A DNA stretch of 64,000 nt from Nitrospirota bacterium. GTDB lineage: Bacteria; Nitrospirota; UBA9217. A program made the translations under genes and the position numbers. Shown in pieces: positions 1 to 12,356 of this stretch (position 1 is its first letter; each line of letters starts with the position of its first letter). The notes beneath the pieces were generated by a model, which had not been told where the DNA came from, did not search any database, and saw only the letters and a list, made by a program, of their open reading frames with translations. The DNA lies in contig JAYTJE010000024.1 of NCBI GenBank assembly GCA_043731355.1, positions 421 through 64,420 of the forward strand. The letters run 5' to 3'.

Positions 1-114
1 AACCAGCTGACTAATATGCAAAACCAGGTATTAATCATCGGGAAATGAATACCAAATTCAAAGCGTATTATGCAACTTCCGAATATCTCAACTGTTAGCA
101 AGCTCAGGAAGAAG

Positions 115-1158
115 TCAACGATTCATACCCTGCCCCATAAAATGGTTATAGCCCTTCGGCTTGAGGATCGCCCGTTTGCCATTACTACTTAAAAACATCT
201 TATTCCCGACAATGATACTTCCTATTTGTGTGGATACTATTTTTAAGGAAAGGAACTTCTTGAGTTTTAACGGCGATACGGTAAAAAGCAGCTCATAGTC
301 CTCGCCTCCGGAAAGAGCGTAATGAAGAGGGCTGGTTTTCAGATGACCGGCTGCCTTGCGAACAGCTGTTGAATCGGGTATCTGGTCGGCGCTGATCTCC
401 GCGCCGACCCCGCTCTCCTCGCAGATATGCCCGAGATCGGACGACAATCCGTCGCTGATGTCTATCATCGCGGTAGCACAGCCGGAGAGAGCTATTTTTC
501 GGCCCCACTCAGTGCGCGGATCTGGTTGAAGATGCTTTCGGATCAGTTCGGAGTTCTGAGTTCGGAGTTCGGAGTTGCGCCCCTTACCCCTGGACCCTGG
601 CCCCTGTCCCCTGTACCCTGCCCTCAGCAGTTCCATCCCCGCCGCCGAATCCCCCAGCGTCCCGGTGACGAAGAGAAGGTCGCCCGGCCGCGCCCCTGCC
701 CTGGTGAGCATTTCCTTCTTTTCGACCTCGCCAAGCGCCGTAACGCTTATCACCAGACCCTGCTGAGAGCGGCACGTATCCCCACCTACGAGGTCGACGT
801 TGTACTTGCGGCAAAGGGTGTTAAAGCCTTTATAAAACTCTTTGATCTGTTCTACGGAGATGCTGGACGGGATGCCGAGCGCTGTGAGGCAAAAGCGGGG
901 AACGCCTCCCATGGCGGCAATATCGCTCAGGTTCACGGCAGCGGATTTCCAGCCAAGGGAATAAAAATCGGTATAGGACAGGTCGAAATGCACACCTTCG
1001 AGCAGCATGTCGGTTGTAGCAAGGATTTTTTTTGAAGGCGGGAGGGAAAGCGCGGCAGCATCGTCTCCTATGCCTATCAGCATTGAAGGTGATCTGCCTT
1101 TGGATTGTGCTTTGATCTTTTTTATCAGGCCGAATTCGCCGAGGTCCGATATTTTCAT
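115..1158 (-). CDS. thiL: Thiamine-monophosphate kinase (AIR synthase-related fold) with an in-frame low-complexity insertion (RAGYRGQGPGSRGKGRNSELRTQNSEL) between its two domains
   Basis: N-terminal GIGDDAA and DxxxEGVHF motifs; PurM-like C-terminal half; ATG start, stop included. Confidence 0.75.
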   Translation of the reverse strand: MKISDLGEFGLIKKIKAQSKGRSPSMLIGIGDDAAALSLPPSKKILATTDMLLEGVHFDLSYTDFYSLGWKSAAVNLSDIAAMGGVPRFCLTALGIPSSISVEQIKEFYKGFNTLCRKYNVDLVGGDTCRSQQGLVISVTALGEVEKKEMLTRAGARPGDLLFVTGTLGDSAAGMELLRAGYRGQGPGSRGKGRNSELRTQNSELIRKHLQPDPRTEWGRKIALSGCATAMIDISDGLSSDLGHICEESGVGAEISADQIPDSTAVRKAAGHLKTSPLHYALSGGEDYELLFTVSPLKLKKFLSLKIVSTQIGSIIVGNKMFLSSNGKRAILKPKGYNHFMGQGMNR

Positions 1159-1198
1159 CGTTTCATCACCAGGGATAAACCGTTTTGCATACCTAACA

Positions 1199-1225
1199 AA
1201 AACCCCGCACCGAAGTGCGGGGCAT
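1199..1225 (-). terminator. Rho-independent terminator downstream of lon (minus-strand stem CCCCGCAC-ttcg-GTGCGGGG followed by a T-run)
   Basis: Perfect 8-bp GC-rich inverted repeat plus TTTTT when read on the minus strand. Confidence 0.6.
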
Positions 1226-1241
1226 CGAATAGTGTGGTGTT

Positions 1242-3696
<2,455 letters not shown>

Positions 3697-3749
3697 ACCA
3701 ACCTCCTCACGTCAGATGTACTGACTCCCCTCGTGCTTCTCGCAGTGGG

Positions 3750-4619
3750 TTACAGCTTTAATTTCTGCAGATATTGCCTGAACTCCGGTCCTAAATCCTT
3801 GTTCTTCAGCGCGAACTCCACCGTTGCCTTCAAAAAACCGAGCTTGTCGCCGCAATCGTGCCGGATACCCTCGATCTCGTATGCGTAGATCGGTTGGTCC
3901 TCCATGAGCAGCCGGAGCCCGTCAGTCAGCTGAACTTCGCCGCCCTTGCCCGGCCTGGTCTCTTCAAGCGCTTTGAATATCCCCGGAGTAAGAATATAAC
4001 GTCCGATGATCGCCAGATTGGAAGGCGCCTTGTCGGGCGATGGTTTTTCAACCAGATCGTTGACGAGGTAGACGCCGTCCTCGATCTTTTTTGCATCAAT
4101 AATGCCGTAGTTCTGCGTCTGGGACCGGGGCACCTTCTGGATGGCGAGGATCGTCGACGGGTACCGTTTATAGACGCCCATCATCTGTTTGAGCGCGGGC
4201 ACTTCCGCATCGATGATGTCATCGCCGAGCAGCACGGCAAAAGGTTCATTGCCGACCACCCGCTTGGCCGTCAGCACGGCGTGTCCGAGGCCGAGCGCCT
4301 TTTTCTGACGGATGTAGCAGAAGGTCACCAGGTTTGCGATGCGCTGGATCTCTGAAAGCAGCTTGTGTTTGCCTTTTGCCTTGAGATCTTCCTCGAGCTC
4401 GAAGGCCACGTCGAAGTGGTCCTCGATGGCGCGCTTTCCCCTGCCCGTGACCAGCACGATCTCTTCGATGCCCGAGGCAACGGCCTCCTCCACGACATAC
4501 TGGATGAGCGGCTTGTCAACAAGCGCAAGCATTTCCTTGGGCGACGCCTTGGTCGCCGGCAGAAAACGGGTGCCCAATCCGGCAGCGGGAAAAACCGCTT
4601 TTACGATCCCCGTGGTCAT
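3750..4619 (-). CDS. galU: UTP--glucose-1-phosphate uridylyltransferase
   Basis: N-terminal AVFPAAGLGTRFLPATKA nucleotidyltransferase motif, length 289 aa. Confidence 0.9.
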   Translation of the reverse strand: MTTGIVKAVFPAAGLGTRFLPATKASPKEMLALVDKPLIQYVVEEAVASGIEEIVLVTGRGKRAIEDHFDVAFELEEDLKAKGKHKLLSEIQRIANLVTFCYIRQKKALGLGHAVLTAKRVVGNEPFAVLLGDDIIDAEVPALKQMMGVYKRYPSTILAIQKVPRSQTQNYGIIDAKKIEDGVYLVNDLVEKPSPDKAPSNLAIIGRYILTPGIFKALEETRPGKGGEVQLTDGLRLLMEDQPIYAYEIEGIRHDCGDKLGFLKATVEFALKNKDLGPEFRQYLQKLKL

Positions 4620-4678
4620 TCTTCACATCTCCCTGGAACAATGAATTCAAACACTTGAGGACATCGGAAACAGAGCCG

Positions 4679-4707
4679 CATTCTATGAGACAATACTCAA
4701 AAAGTCA
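4679..4707 (-). promoter_or_regulatory. Candidate sigma70-type promoter for galU (minus strand TTGACT-17 nt-TAGAAT)
   Basis: Hexamers and spacing read directly; no experimental support. Confidence 0.3.
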
Positions 4708-4733
4708 AGAACAGAACCGGAAAAGAGACGGGG

Positions 4734-6158
4734 CTACTTGGGGATCGGCACACTCCCGATCAGATATTTCAGGTCATCGTCATTGAACCGCAGCCCGATG
4801 CCGACAAAAGGCGCGGAGCGCTTGGAGTTCAGAGCGTTGTCCACACCGCCGTTCACGAACAGCGTATTGCCGAGCATATAGCTCACCGTTCCCTTCAGAT
4901 GCGTATTGGTGTTTTGCGGCTCCTTGCTGTTCATGTTCCAGGCATCAACACTCACTTTCATTGTATCGCCGAACAGGAAGTAATCGCCTCCGATGCCGCC
5001 GGTGGACTCGATCAACCCCACGCGAAGCGCGGCATCGCCCCAGCGCTTGGCGAACATGAGGCTGAATTTGAAGCGGTCTTCATAGGTCTCGGTCGTGAGC
5101 GAACTGCCCGGCGTGGCGGTCATGGTGGTGCGCGCATACTTTCCGTAAGGATCGTTCGTCATCTCGAAGATATAATATTTATCCGGTTTGGGCTTAAGCT
5201 CCAGCGTAAAATAACTTTTGGATTTCGGGAACATATATTCGGTGCGGAAACCGACCACGGTCCGCATGCGTTCGATCCTCGACGTATAGTCGCTGATCCC
5301 CTTGGCCGCGCTGTCGATGCTCGTATACATGCTGTCGTCGGTGATCAGCTTGCCCAGCGTTCCCTCGCCGCGGTCCACCCTCCGGGCCACGCTCTCGATC
5401 GAGGCCAGGGCAAGCTCGGCGTTCCGCGACGCTTCCCGGATGTTCTCCATGCTTACTTTCAGGTTGTCCCGGTTCTCGCCCACAACGGCATTGAGGCTGC
5501 CGGCAAGTTCGTTCAGCCGCCTGACCAGATCGCCCCCATCTCCCTGCAGGGTGGTGGAAAATTCCTTGATGTTCGCCATGGTGCTGCGCAGATCGTGCAG
5601 GATATCCTCCATGGACCGGGCCCCTGCCTCGGTCCCCAGTACCTGGCGCAGCGATCCGGTGACCTCCTTGATGTCGCCGGCGATGCCGCTCAGCTGGTTA
5701 ATGAGCTTGTCCACATCGCTGGGCGACACGGTCGCCTGGATCGTCTCTTCCGGCTGAAGATAGCCGGGCTTCCCTGCCGCTCCGGGCGCGCTGCCCTCGG
5801 AGAGGTCCGATCTCCGCTCCGGCGGGACAAGCTCCACGAATTTTTCTCCCAGAAGCCCCATGGTCTTGATCGTTGCCTCGGAGCCGCGCTTGATCTGGAT
5901 GTCCGGATTGAGCCGCATGATGACCTTGGCGCGGCTGTCCGAGAGTTCCACGCGCTCGACAACGCCGATCTTGACCCCTGCCATGCGCACAGCCGATTTT
6001 TCGTCAAGGCCTGCCACCGAATCAAAGAGCGCTGCGAGCGTATACCCTTTTGCCTCGCCGAACTGGTACTTTCCTACCATAAAGGTCATGATGAGGAGGG
6101 CGACCGATCCGACAATGACCAGCAGCCCCACCTTTGCTTCCGGACTCAGTTTAGCCAT
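4734..6158 (-). CDS. MlaD/MCE-family protein (N-terminal TM + MCE domain) with a ~300-aa helical and beta-rich C-terminal extension
   Basis: MCE domain signature after a single TM helix; long C-terminal region rich in alternating hydrophobic/aromatic residues. Confidence 0.7.
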   Translation of the reverse strand: MAKLSPEAKVGLLVIVGSVALLIMTFMVGKYQFGEAKGYTLAALFDSVAGLDEKSAVRMAGVKIGVVERVELSDSRAKVIMRLNPDIQIKRGSEATIKTMGLLGEKFVELVPPERRSDLSEGSAPGAAGKPGYLQPEETIQATVSPSDVDKLINQLSGIAGDIKEVTGSLRQVLGTEAGARSMEDILHDLRSTMANIKEFSTTLQGDGGDLVRRLNELAGSLNAVVGENRDNLKVSMENIREASRNAELALASIESVARRVDRGEGTLGKLITDDSMYTSIDSAAKGISDYTSRIERMRTVVGFRTEYMFPKSKSYFTLELKPKPDKYYIFEMTNDPYGKYARTTMTATPGSSLTTETYEDRFKFSLMFAKRWGDAALRVGLIESTGGIGGDYFLFGDTMKVSVDAWNMNSKEPQNTNTHLKGTVSYMLGNTLFVNGGVDNALNSKRSAPFVGIGLRFNDDDLKYLIGSVPIPK

Positions 6159-6175
6159 AAAGACTCCCTGTGCAA

Positions 6176-6922
6176 TTAATCCGCCGTTATCGGCCCCACC
6201 GCGCTCCCCGTAATAAACTGGTGCACGATGGGATGCGAGGTCTGCCGTATCTGGTCGGGAGTTCCGACCTCGAGGATCTCGCCTTTATAGAGCATGGCGA
6301 TGCGGTCCGATATTTTGTAGGCGCTGTGCATGTCGTGCGTGATGGAAACCGAGGTCACTCCGAGTTTTTTCCGCAGATCGATGATCAGGTCATTGATAGC
6401 GTCAGCGGAAATAGGGTCCAGTCCCGTGGTCGGTTCGTCGTAGAGGATAATGGACGGGTTGATGGCTATTGCACGGGCCAGCCCCACTCTTTTTTTCATG
6501 CCGCCCGACAGCTCCGCGGGCATCTTGTCCTCAATGCCTTTGAGCCCCACCAGCGCAAGCTTTTCAGTCGCCATGGCGCGAATCTCCTCGTCCGACTTCT
6601 TCGTGTGCTGCTTCAGGGCAAAACCTACATTCTCCCAGACGCTCAGTGAATCGAAAAGCGCCGCCATTTGAAAGAGCATGCCGAACTTCTTGCGCGCTTC
6701 GTTCAAGCCGTGCTGATCAAGATCGTTCAGCGCCTGTCCGTCGATGATCACGCGGCCCTGATCCGGAAACAGCAGCCCGATGATGTGCTTCAGCAGCACG
6801 CTTTTGCCGCTGCCGCTGCCGCCGATCACCGTCATGCTCTCGCCCTTCTCGACTTTGAGATTGACCCCGCGGAGAACGCGCTGCTCGCCGAAGCCCTTAT
6901 GCACGTTGATTATGTCGATCAT
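6176..6922 (-). CDS. mlaF: Phospholipid ABC transporter ATP-binding protein
   Basis: Walker A GGSGSGKS, ABC signature LSGGMKKRV, Walker B. Confidence 0.85.
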   Translation of the reverse strand: MIDIINVHKGFGEQRVLRGVNLKVEKGESMTVIGGSGSGKSVLLKHIIGLLFPDQGRVIIDGQALNDLDQHGLNEARKKFGMLFQMAALFDSLSVWENVGFALKQHTKKSDEEIRAMATEKLALVGLKGIEDKMPAELSGGMKKRVGLARAIAINPSIILYDEPTTGLDPISADAINDLIIDLRKKLGVTSVSITHDMHSAYKISDRIAMLYKGEILEVGTPDQIRQTSHPIVHQFITGSAVGPITAD

Positions 6923-6929
6923 GACGAAC

Positions 6930-7715
6930 TCACCACAACAGCGCGGACAGAAAATAATCCAGGATAAGAATGAGCATGCACGATACCACCACCGCCCCGG
7001 TCGTCGCCTTGCCCACTCCTTCCGCCCCGCCCTCGGTATTGAACCCCTTATAGCAGCCGATAAGTCCGACTACCGCGCCGAATACCAGCGCCTTGACGAG
7101 CCCGTACCAGATGTCCGTAACTTCGGCATTGTCGATGCTCTGGTTCACATAGGTGACAGGGTTCGTGCCGAGCACCTTGACCCCCACGAAATAACCGCCG
7201 GAAATGCCGATGATCATTCCGAGCACCGTGAGAAAAAACATCATCACCGTGCTCGCAATAAATCGCGGGACCACCAGATACTTCATGGGGCTCGTTGCCA
7301 GGGTCTCCATGGCGTCGATCTGTTCTGTCACTTTCATGGTCCCGAGCTCCGCCGCCATGGACGCGCCGGCCCTGCCCGCGACCATGAGCCCGGTCAGGAC
7401 CGGACCCAGCTCACGCGTCATGGAGAGCGAAACGACCGTGCCGATAAGCGATTCCGCGCCGAAGCGCTTGAACCCCGTGTAGCTCTGGAGCGCAAGCACC
7501 ATGCCGGTGGAAAGGGCCGTGGTCATGACGACCGGAACGGAATTCACGCCGATCCGCTCCATCTGCTTGAGCAGGTTCTTCACGTAAAAAGGACCGCTTA
7601 TGGTCGCACGAAGGGTCTGGCCCAGAAACATGAGGACCTTCCCGATCTCCGTCACCACCCCCGACGTTTTGCCGCCCAGCATTTCAAGCAAGCGGATCAT
7701 GAATAAGGTCACCAT
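6930..7715 (-). CDS. mlaE: Phospholipid ABC transporter permease
   Basis: MlaE family polytopic membrane protein, ~260 aa. Confidence 0.85.
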   Translation of the reverse strand: MVTLFMIRLLEMLGGKTSGVVTEIGKVLMFLGQTLRATISGPFYVKNLLKQMERIGVNSVPVVMTTALSTGMVLALQSYTGFKRFGAESLIGTVVSLSMTRELGPVLTGLMVAGRAGASMAAELGTMKVTEQIDAMETLATSPMKYLVVPRFIASTVMMFFLTVLGMIIGISGGYFVGVKVLGTNPVTYVNQSIDNAEVTDIWYGLVKALVFGAVVGLIGCYKGFNTEGGAEGVGKATTGAVVVSCMLILILDYFLSALLW

Positions 7716-7798
7716 TATATTTCATTCAAAATTCAAAACGGAATATTCAATATCTTGAATCTTGAGTCCGTCACAGACGGTTCCGTGTGCAGGCCGCG

Positions 7799-8968
7799 CT
7801 ATACGAAGACCCGCGGCACCCTGGCGCTGATCCCGCACAGCACCTCATAGGGTATCGTGCCGGTCTTTTCCGCAAGGTCCGCGGCAGTAATCCTCTCGCC
7901 GCCCGAGGAGCCGATCAGCACCACCTCATCGCCTTCACGGACGCCGGGGACATCGGTTACATCGAGCATGGTCATGTCCATGCAGACCCGTCCCGCCACG
8001 GGCACCCGGACTCCCCGGACGAGCGCCTCGCCGCGGTTCGAAAGAGCGCGGCTGAAGCCATCGGCATAACCGATGGGGATGGTGGCGATCAGGCTCTCGC
8101 GCCTGGTCACAAAGGTCCTGCCATAGCTGACGGGCGTGCCTGCGGGTACTTTTTTCAGCAGAAAGATCCTTGTCAGGAGCGAGAGGACCGGCTGCAGATC
8201 AACGCCGGAGGCATTTCCTTCCACCGGGTCGTATCCATACAGCATGAGCCCGGGCCTGACCATCGTAAGCAACGCACGCGGGTAATCAAGGACCGCCGCG
8301 CTGTTGGCCGCATGGCGGAGCGGAATATCTATTCCTTGATCAGCGAGGGTTTCCAGGAGTTTTTCGAATCGTTCCATCTGATGCGAGGCGAAGGCTTTGT
8401 CCCTGAGGTCGGCATCGGCGAAGTGCGTCATCAGGCCCTCGACCACGATGCCCTCAAACGCCATGAGTTCCCGGATCAGGGCCGGAGCGGCTTCCGGAGA
8501 AACGCCGGTCCTGTTCATGCCGGTATCCACCTTCACATGCACGGTAATGCGCTGGGAGCGCCTTTGCCCTGCATCTGAAAGTGCGCGGGCAACGGTGCTG
8601 CCCGACAGGGCTGGCGTCAAACGCCACGCCGCGACCGCGTCGGCCTGCCCGGGAAATACCGGACCCATGACCAGGATCGGAGCCTCGATCCCGGCCTCGC
8701 GCAACTGTCTTCCCTCTTCGACCAGGGCAACGCCGAGCATGTATGCGCCTTGCGCCAGCAGATGCCGCGCTACGGGAACCGGTCCGTGGCCGTATGCCTG
8801 GGCCTTCACCACGGCAAGCACCTTACGCCCCATGGCGCGGCGCAGCACTTCCGCGAAGTTATGCGAGAGCGCGCCAAGCGATACCCTGGCCACCGTCGGC
8901 CGGTCAGCGTCGGCGCCGGTCGGCAACCCCGGGACCGGCCGTGCCGCGTCAGTGGATGGTGCTCTCAT
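7799..8968 (-). CDS. alr: Alanine racemase (true start may be downstream of the annotated one)
   Basis: PLP-binding VVKAQAYGHG motif near the N-terminus; ~370-aa fold. Confidence 0.8.
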   Translation of the reverse strand: MRAPSTDAARPVPGLPTGADADRPTVARVSLGALSHNFAEVLRRAMGRKVLAVVKAQAYGHGPVPVARHLLAQGAYMLGVALVEEGRQLREAGIEAPILVMGPVFPGQADAVAAWRLTPALSGSTVARALSDAGQRRSQRITVHVKVDTGMNRTGVSPEAAPALIRELMAFEGIVVEGLMTHFADADLRDKAFASHQMERFEKLLETLADQGIDIPLRHAANSAAVLDYPRALLTMVRPGLMLYGYDPVEGNASGVDLQPVLSLLTRIFLLKKVPAGTPVSYGRTFVTRRESLIATIPIGYADGFSRALSNRGEALVRGVRVPVAGRVCMDMTMLDVTDVPGVREGDEVVLIGSSGGERITAADLAEKTGTIPYEVLCGISARVPRVFV

Positions 8969-9149
8969 GGTTCTCCTGGAATGCGCTGGATGCGGGCAGT
9001 ATCTCTATTTTATCGAAAGACTCGGAACAGTCGAGGCAGTCCCAGTGATGAATGGTCCAGTCTTCATAGTCCAGTTCGATGCCATAGTCGTCTTCCTGGA
9101 AGAGGTTCGTTCCGCCGCAATAGGGACACATGATCGGTTCCGCCATCAT
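8949..9149 (-). CDS. Small zinc-ribbon protein (CPYC...CLDC), 66 aa, 3' end overlapping the annotated alr start
   Basis: GGAGG SD upstream of ATGATG; two CxxC pairs; start of the longer track ORF is not supported. Confidence 0.4.
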   Translation of the reverse strand: MMAEPIMCPYCGGTNLFQEDDYGIELDYEDWTIHHWDCLDCSESFDKIEILPASSAFQENHESTIH

Positions 9150-9380
9150 TCCTCCGGCGCCGCTACGCAGGATGCCGCTCCGCGTGTTCCGCATCCAACT
9201 CCCCCGATTCGCCGGCCGCAGGCAGTGAAAACCGCCGCACCCGGAGCACATTTCTCATTGCCCCAGCTGAGCACCGGGCGACCGCAGGAGCATGAAAAAC
9301 AGACGCATTTTCAGCTTATTTACGCGCTAACTCTATCACAGCAAAGTTCATTTTGCAAAATAAATTTCGGCGGGAAACAG

Positions 9381-10448
9381 TCACGCAGGGAGGATCTCCC
9401 GGAGGGCCTTCAAGAGACGCCGGTTCTGCCACCACGTCCGCACGGCGATCCTGATATAGCGATTATCGAGGCCGGGGATGGAGGAACAATCCCGGACCAG
9501 CAGTCCCCGCCTGCCGAGCCTGTCCGTGAGTAATTGCGAATCGATCCCGGTGAGCTTGAGAAATATATAGTTCGCCGGACTCGGAAAGGGTTCGAGCCCG
9601 TGGATGAGGCGCAGGCCCGCGAGGAGACGGTCCCGCTCCCGGGCGATGTAACGGCGCGTCTTTTTGGCATAACCCCAGTCGGTCAAGGCCGCAATGGCCG
9701 CGCGCTCGGACGGGATGTCTATGGTCCAGGGCTCCTGGCCGCCGCGGAGCCGCCGGGCAGTGCCGGAATCCGCGATCGCATAGCCGACCCGCAATCCGGG
9801 CATGCCGTAGAACTTGGTAAACGCGCGGAGCACGATCAGGTTGGACGATTGCACCGCTTCCTTGACCATGGACCCGGCGTCCACAAAATCCATGAAAGCC
9901 TCATCGACCACAAGACGGACGGAGTTCTCGCATGCCATTCTCAGGAGCTCCTGCATTTCAGCCTTCGGAATGAACGCGCCCGTGGGGTTATTGGGGTTGC
10001 AAAGAAAAACCATGTCCACATCCTTGAGCGCGAACGAGAGGTCAAGAGGATCGGCGCGATATCCGTTCTCTTCCCGCAGCGGCAACGGCACGACCTCGCC
10101 GCCGGAATCTTCGACCGCAGCGGCATATTCGGAAAACGTCGGCATCGGGATCAGCGCCCTTTTCGGACGGAACACGCGCGGGATAAGATGGATCAGCGCA
10201 TTTGAACCGTTCCCGCACACCACCTGCTCCGGTTTAATGCCGTAATAGCGGGCGATCGCAACCCGGAGCTCCGACATGTCCGGATCGGGATAGCGGTCAA
10301 TAAGGTCGATTGCCTTCCGTGCAGCCCGCCTGGCCGCGGACGACGGCCCCAGCGGGTTGATGCTCGAGCTGAAATCGACGATGTTTTTTTCCGCTATGCC
10401 ATAGCGCAGCGCGGCCTCGCGGATGTTGCCTCCGTGGGTCCTCGGCAT
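9381..10448 (-). CDS. cobD: Threonine-phosphate decarboxylase / class I-II aminotransferase (CobD/CobC family)
   Basis: HGGN motif at the N-terminus and PLP-aminotransferase fold; start placed at MPRTHGG. Confidence 0.65.
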   Translation of the reverse strand: MPRTHGGNIREAALRYGIAEKNIVDFSSSINPLGPSSAARRAARKAIDLIDRYPDPDMSELRVAIARYYGIKPEQVVCGNGSNALIHLIPRVFRPKRALIPMPTFSEYAAAVEDSGGEVVPLPLREENGYRADPLDLSFALKDVDMVFLCNPNNPTGAFIPKAEMQELLRMACENSVRLVVDEAFMDFVDAGSMVKEAVQSSNLIVLRAFTKFYGMPGLRVGYAIADSGTARRLRGGQEPWTIDIPSERAAIAALTDWGYAKKTRRYIARERDRLLAGLRLIHGLEPFPSPANYIFLKLTGIDSQLLTDRLGRRGLLVRDCSSIPGLDNRYIRIAVRTWWQNRRLLKALREILPA

Positions 10449-10528
10449 TGATTGTTCCTGTGCTCCCTGTTTCGTTTCGATCACATCACATTCCGTATTC
10501 TGCAATGCCGGCTCCATTTCAACAAGTA

Positions 10529-12283
10529 TTACAGCTCCGCGGCAAGCTCCGGGAACCGCTCCTCCATGAACCGGACGGCGGTTTGCCGGGACCTTTCCGC
10601 TGTCGGCTGGGCGATCACGAGCGATGCCAGCTCAACGGCGTCCTGCATGCGCACCGATCTGATGATCTTTTTTACCCAGGGAATCGACGCCACGTTCATG
10701 CTCAATACGTTAAAGCCCATGCCGATCAGGATCGCGGCATACAGCGGGTCCCCCGCCATCTCCCCGCACATGGCCAGGGGGATGTTCGCCTCGCGGGCAG
10801 CCTGCGCTATCTTCTGGAGCAGGCGCAACACGGCCGGGTCAAGCGGCTCGTACATATAGGCCACATGCTCGTTCAGGCGGTCGATGGCCAGCGTATACTG
10901 GATCAGGTCGTTGGTGCCGACGCTGAAGAAGTCGACCTCTGCGGCGAGCAGATCGGCGATCAGCGCCGCCGACGGGATCTCGATCATCACGCCGACCTTC
11001 AGGTGCTCGTTAAAAGCCCTGCCCTCCGCCCGCAGCTCTTCCTTCATTTCAGCGAGAATGGCCTTGGTCGCATACAGTTCAGGAAGGCCCGAGATCATGG
11101 GGTACAGGATCTTTATATTCCCGTGGGCCGAGGCCCGGAGGAGGCCTCTGAGCTGGACCTTGAAAATATCCTGCTTCTTGAGGCTGAACCGGATCGCCCG
11201 CAGTCCCAGGGCTGGGTTCGCTTCTTTTTCAAAACCCGCTGAAAGCGCTATTTTGTCCCCGCCAAGATCAAACGTGCGCACCACGACCTCCTGGGGAGCG
11301 GCGCGCTCCGCGACCTGACGGTAGGCCGCATAATGCTCTTCTTCCGTAGGCAGGGTCGGCCGGTTCATGAACAGGAACTCGGTCCGGTACAGGCCGATGC
11401 CGGAGCCGCCGTGGTCCGCAACGGATGCGGCCTCTTCGGGCAGTTCAATATTCCCCTCAAGCATGATGGTCTCGCCGTCCAGGGTCTCCGCCGGCAGGTC
11501 CTTGATGTTCTCAAGCTCCTGCTCGAAATATTTATAACGGCGCTGTTTTTTGAGATAGTCGAGGAACGTCTCTTCGTCGGGATCAACGATGACCACGCCG
11601 TGGATGCCGTCAAGGATCACCACATCGCCGGTCTTGACCGCCGCGGTGATATTCTCGAGTCCCACGGCGGCGGGGATTCCCATGGACCGCGCAAGGATCG
11701 CCGTGTGCGAGGTCCGGCTCCCGGCATCGGTGGCAAACCCCAGGATCTTGTCCTTGCGCATCATGAACGTGTCCGAAGGGGCCAGATCATGCGCAATGAT
11801 CACTGCCTCGCCCTTGATATCAGCAAGGCTCTCCTGCTTGTGGCCCACGAGGTTCCGCAAAATGCGCTCGCCGACCTGCTCCACGTCGTGCTTCCGTTCC
11901 CGCAGATACTCATCCTCGATCATATCGAACTTAAGGCTGATCGCTTCGATCGTCTCTTTCAGCGCGCCTTCGGCATTCAGCTGGGATTCCTTGACACGCT
12001 TGACCGTGCCGTCAACGAGCATTTTGTCCTCGAGCAGCATGATATGGGTTTCGAGGATATAGAGATGGGACTTCCCGAGCCCTTTGGTAAAGCGCTTTTT
12101 CAGGTCTTCGAGCTGGCTTTTCGACAGTTCCACCGCCTGCTTAAAGCGCGCCACCTCGCCCTTGACGCTGACCTCCTCGATCCGCCGCCCTGCCACGACC
12201 ACTTTGCGCCGATCAAGAAGATATGCCCGCCCGATCACAATGCCCGGCGAGGCCATGATGCCTGTATACACTTTCTCGCGCAT
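10529..12283 (-). CDS. ptsI: Phosphoenolpyruvate-protein phosphotransferase, PTS enzyme I
   Basis: Phospho-His domain GGRTSHTAILARS and PEP-utilising domain; start set at MREKVYTG so it does not overlap ptsH. Confidence 0.9.
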   Translation of the reverse strand: MREKVYTGIMASPGIVIGRAYLLDRRKVVVAGRRIEEVSVKGEVARFKQAVELSKSQLEDLKKRFTKGLGKSHLYILETHIMLLEDKMLVDGTVKRVKESQLNAEGALKETIEAISLKFDMIEDEYLRERKHDVEQVGERILRNLVGHKQESLADIKGEAVIIAHDLAPSDTFMMRKDKILGFATDAGSRTSHTAILARSMGIPAAVGLENITAAVKTGDVVILDGIHGVVIVDPDEETFLDYLKKQRRYKYFEQELENIKDLPAETLDGETIMLEGNIELPEEAASVADHGGSGIGLYRTEFLFMNRPTLPTEEEHYAAYRQVAERAAPQEVVVRTFDLGGDKIALSAGFEKEANPALGLRAIRFSLKKQDIFKVQLRGLLRASAHGNIKILYPMISGLPELYATKAILAEMKEELRAEGRAFNEHLKVGVMIEIPSAALIADLLAAEVDFFSVGTNDLIQYTLAIDRLNEHVAYMYEPLDPAVLRLLQKIAQAAREANIPLAMCGEMAGDPLYAAILIGMGFNVLSMNVASIPWVKKIIRSVRMQDAVELASLVIAQPTAERSRQTAVRFMEERFPELAAEL

Positions 12284-12356
12284 TAACGCTCCCCTGTTTT
12301 CCCCGCGGCAGGTCCCGGTCGCCGCTCCGCGGTCCCCTTTTCCCGAGTCCCCGCCA

